Shown here in pieces: positions 61,306-64,000 of a DNA stretch of 64,000 bases. Origin of the DNA: an uncultured Bdellovibrio sp. (GTDB taxonomy: Bacteria; Bdellovibrionota; Bdellovibrionia; Bdellovibrionales; Bdellovibrionaceae); assembly GCA_963932905.1 (NCBI GenBank), contig CAWVRN010000004.1:1-64000 (forward strand), given 5' to 3'. Below the pieces are notes generated by a model, which saw nothing but the letters and a program-made list of their open reading frames with translations, was not told the DNA's origin and did not search any database. Position 1 is the first letter of the stretch, and each line of letters begins with the position of its first letter. Made by a program: the position numbers and the translations under genes.

Positions 61306-63310
61306 AGTTACCGGCTGGTCTTTGTGTCGAAGCGGCCTCATAAGCAGCAAGTCCATCTTCACCCATATGCTTGATTAATTCCTGTCGGCCTTCCGACGAC
61401 TCAAGAAGTTTAACCAAATCCACAATGATAACTCCATCAACCGTGTTAAATTCACGATCAAAACTGAAATCAATATACTTAGCACCCAATTTTTCATAGC
61501 TGATCAACAACGAAGGAATTCCCTTACCTTCAATATCATTGATGATGCTATTCAACTCAGTGAGCGATTTGATGCTGTTTACAATTTGCTCGATCTCTCT
61601 GTCCATATGAGTAACTAGTTGGGGTTTGTTATAGGCGCGAACCTTTTGACTCAATTTCGAAGGATATGTCTTCTTCAAGTAACCTACAATAATTGCTTTT
61701 GAAACATCGGAGTACGAATTCGAAATACTCACTTGCCCCATCATATAGCGATATCTTGGATTATCTACCAAAAACTTACCGATTCCTTTCCAAACAGCAC
61801 TTAAACCACGGATAGAATTTTTACCGGCTTCAGTAAAATTCGCAAATGAACGACTCGCTTCAATAGTATGCCTTAACATCTCGAGAGGCATAGCGGACAG
61901 ATCCGCAAAACGGTTTAAGTAAAAAGATTCTTTTCCTGGTCCGCGTGCCAGTAACTCACCACCCATTCCCAAACGGTAAGCGGCGGTTATCTTCTGTTCT
62001 AAATCGCGTGCTATGAAATGGTGATGGAATAAATCGAATGCACCCGTTTTTGGATCGATATCGGTATCAGAACTTTTACCAGAACCTTCTTGAGCTGCAC
62101 GAAAATTTTCCTCACGTAATTGGCCTAACTTCAACAAAGTTTGCGGAGCCTGCTCGCCCGTCACATTATATATTTTCATCGAGGAAGACTTGCCAAAAAC
62201 AACTTCAGTGATAGGCCCAGCAGCATCTAATTCATTTTGTACCAATTTATCGTTATTAACTTTAATAATCGGTTCGTCAACGCGATCCATTTTAACTTGT
62301 GCGAAGCGACCTTTTAAAGCGTAGGTACGAGCACGAAGATACTGAGCCATTCCCACTAAATCGCCTTTATATACGTCTACTAACTCTTGCCCTTTGATTG
62401 GCGTACCCATGTTAATAGCAATTGGGCGCTTAGCGTTTTTTGCAATTTGCCTAACGTGCGCAACTGCACTTAAGACACCTTTAGCTACTGGATTTTTCAA
62501 ATGCTTAACTCTATGAAATTCTTGAGTCGCCATCCCGTCTACGAACAAAGGCATGACTTGAACCGATGGATTGTTTGTAATGATATTTGAAATTCCTTTT
62601 TTCCATTCTGGATCAAACGCGAAATTATCCGATAGATTTTGTTTAACAGATACCTCGCCTGACGGGAAAATTACCAAAACACCGCCATCAGCGATGTGCT
62701 GATTCATCTGCCTAATTCCATTTTGGTTAAATCGAGCTGCCTCGGCACCACCATAAGGATTTAAAAATATAGCGTTGTCGGACATGCCGGGAAGGCCCTG
62801 TAACAATGTCGTCAAAGCCACTCGCACATCCGGCCGCACTAAAGAAATAGCCGCCGCGATCGCAATGCCATCAGATCCATTTTTGGGATGATTCGCAACG
62901 ATCAACAAAGGACCGGTTTTAGGAACTCGTTTTTCCAACTCAGCACGATCGAACTGCACTTCGATTTCAAACGCGCGCGCCAGTTTCTGAAAGTACGGCT
63001 CAGTAGATTTATCATTCAGGAACGATTTAACGATTCGGCGCAACTCTGGCAGATGAAGCGTACGTCCCAATAGAAACTGAGCGAGTTCATTGATGCTCTT
63101 TTCAAGAATGACGTTATCCGACTTAACGATATGTATAGATAGCTTATCTTTTTTATTTACAGAGATCCCGGGACTAAACTTTAAACCCGATTTAGGACTT
63201 GAACCTAGGATAGGTTTTGTCGAATAGAACTCCCGACAACTATCTAATGCGAATACAGTTTGAACAGAAAGAACGCCAATAATACTCGAGTAAAGAATAA
63301 TTCTCTTCAT
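61295..63310 (-). CDS. Acyltransferase + GNAT fusion (OlsF-like) with signal peptide
   Basis: ANHP..G.DG, IFPSGEVS, WK.G; LG.LRE..FR...EG.GK..D.D, AYRLG, E..RSF, W.GI, G.VSIS. Confidence 0.85.
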   Translation of the reverse strand: MKRIILYSSIIGVLSVQTVFALDSCREFYSTKPILGSSPKSGLKFSPGISVNKKDKLSIHIVKSDNVILEKSINELAQFLLGRTLHLPELRRIVKSFLNDKSTEPYFQKLARAFEIEVQFDRAELEKRVPKTGPLLIVANHPKNGSDGIAIAAAISLVRPDVRVALTTLLQGLPGMSDNAIFLNPYGGAEAARFNQNGIRQMNQHIADGGVLVIFPSGEVSVKQNLSDNFAFDPEWKKGISNIITNNPSVQVMPLFVDGMATQEFHRVKHLKNPVAKGVLSAVAHVRQIAKNAKRPIAINMGTPIKGQELVDVYKGDLVGMAQYLRARTYALKGRFAQVKMDRVDEPIIKVNNDKLVQNELDAAGPITEVVFGKSSSMKIYNVTGEQAPQTLLKLGQLREENFRAAQEGSGKSSDTDIDPKTGAFDLFHHHFIARDLEQKITAAYRLGMGGELLARGPGKESFYLNRFADLSAMPLEMLRHTIEASRSFANFTEAGKNSIRGLSAVWKGIGKFLVDNPRYRYMMGQVSISNSYSDVSKAIIVGYLKKTYPSKLSQKVRAYNKPQLVTHMDREIEQIVNSIKSLTELNSIINDIEGKGIPSLLISYEKLGAKYIDFSFDREFNTVDGVIIVDLVKLLESSEGRQELIKHMGEDGLAAYEAASTQRPAGNYED

Positions 63311-63427
63311 ATAATAGGAGTTATTTCAATTAGCTAGCCACCCTCGTTAACCAAAACCTAACCCTATCTTTGATTTGGTAAAATATACCTGTATCAAAAG
63401 TAGACAGTGGACAAAACAGGTAGGACA

Positions 63428-63709
63428 CTATGGCCAGAACCAGCCACTACCAGCATAATGCTTCGATATATGCTCGTCTATCGATTGCCCCATTTCTCGG
63501 GTAGGTAAATTTCGAGGTTTTAATCTGAACCCGATGTTAACAGCAATAACGATTAAAGATCCTAAGACAGGAATTAGAAAAGCCAATACCAATTGCCGCC
63601 GTTTCTGTTGTCGACTGATATATTTATCTGTGAGTAAAAAAATGTAAGTTGCAAGCCATATAGTTAAGTGAACAATAAAAACAGTGGAGATCAAACTTTC
63701 AATTAACAT
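63428..63709 (-). CDS. Small hypothetical membrane protein
   Basis: Two hydrophobic helices; FLIPVLG motif. Confidence 0.55.
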   Translation of the reverse strand: MLIESLISTVFIVHLTIWLATYIFLLTDKYISRQQKRRQLVLAFLIPVLGSLIVIAVNIGFRLKPRNLPTREMGQSIDEHISKHYAGSGWFWP

Positions 63710-63742
63710 AACTACAATCTAACACCGCATCTGATTGCACTC

Positions 63743-63772
63743 AAAAAAAAACGGCGAGTACAAACTCGCCGT
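63743..63772 (-). terminator. Rho-independent terminator after hppA
   Basis: ACGGCGAGT-TTGT-ACTCGCCGT followed by a poly-T run on the minus strand. Confidence 0.85.
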
Positions 63773-63810
63773 CATTATTAGCGTTTCAAAATTTGAAACA
63801 ACCGTAATAT

Positions 63811-64000
63811 CTAGCCACCAATCGTAGCTACAAGTTGTGCGATCAATAACGATACGACACCCATAACTTTGATCAAGATAGCGATACCAGGACCCGATGT
63901 ATCTTTGAACGGGTCACCGACAGTGTCACCAACAACGGCCGCTTTGTGCAGATCAGATCCTTTTGGATGACCAGGCATTCCGCCTTTTTCGATAAATTTC
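63811..64000 (-). CDS. hppA: Membrane H+/Na+-translocating pyrophosphatase, 3' end (partial)
   Basis: [25 protein letters not shown]...LIK. Confidence 0.95.
   Translation of the reverse strand, partial: KFIEKGGMPGHPKGSDLHKAAVVGDTVGDPFKDTSGPGIAILIKVMGVVSLLIAQLVATIGG

Overview
Chromosomal window from a bacterium that looks like a Bdellovibrionota predator (inferred from gene content and protein style, not from a search). Housekeeping genes include pheS-pheT-ihfA-merR, metG, rsmG, trmO, two TrmH methylases, fadD, a stand-alone mreB, two beta-carbonic anhydrases and the 3' end of hppA. They are interleaved with many signal-peptide-bearing hydrolases and orphan proteins. No rRNA, tRNA or CRISPR array was found. 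Most notable: (1) a sigma28-type promoter driving a YD/RHS-repeat protein, a small low-complexity secreted protein and a 1492-aa mosaic protein (9719-15862), resembling the Bd0109/Bd0108 'hit' pair coupled to a toxin-like giant; (2) a mobile-element family with hairpin-containing terminal inverted repeats, seen as an IS1-like transposase relic (1-450) and two ~260-bp MITE copies (43537-43795, 51927-52188), each sitting at a gene's stop codon; (3) a six-gene operon of Cys-rich secreted orphans between those two MITEs, with a highly foldable non-coding region upstream; (4) a terminal [SL]-C-x-x-F-Y motif shared by three unrelated exported proteins, including a signal-peptide-bearing OlsF-like acyltransferase. 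All family assignments come from motif recognition by eye.
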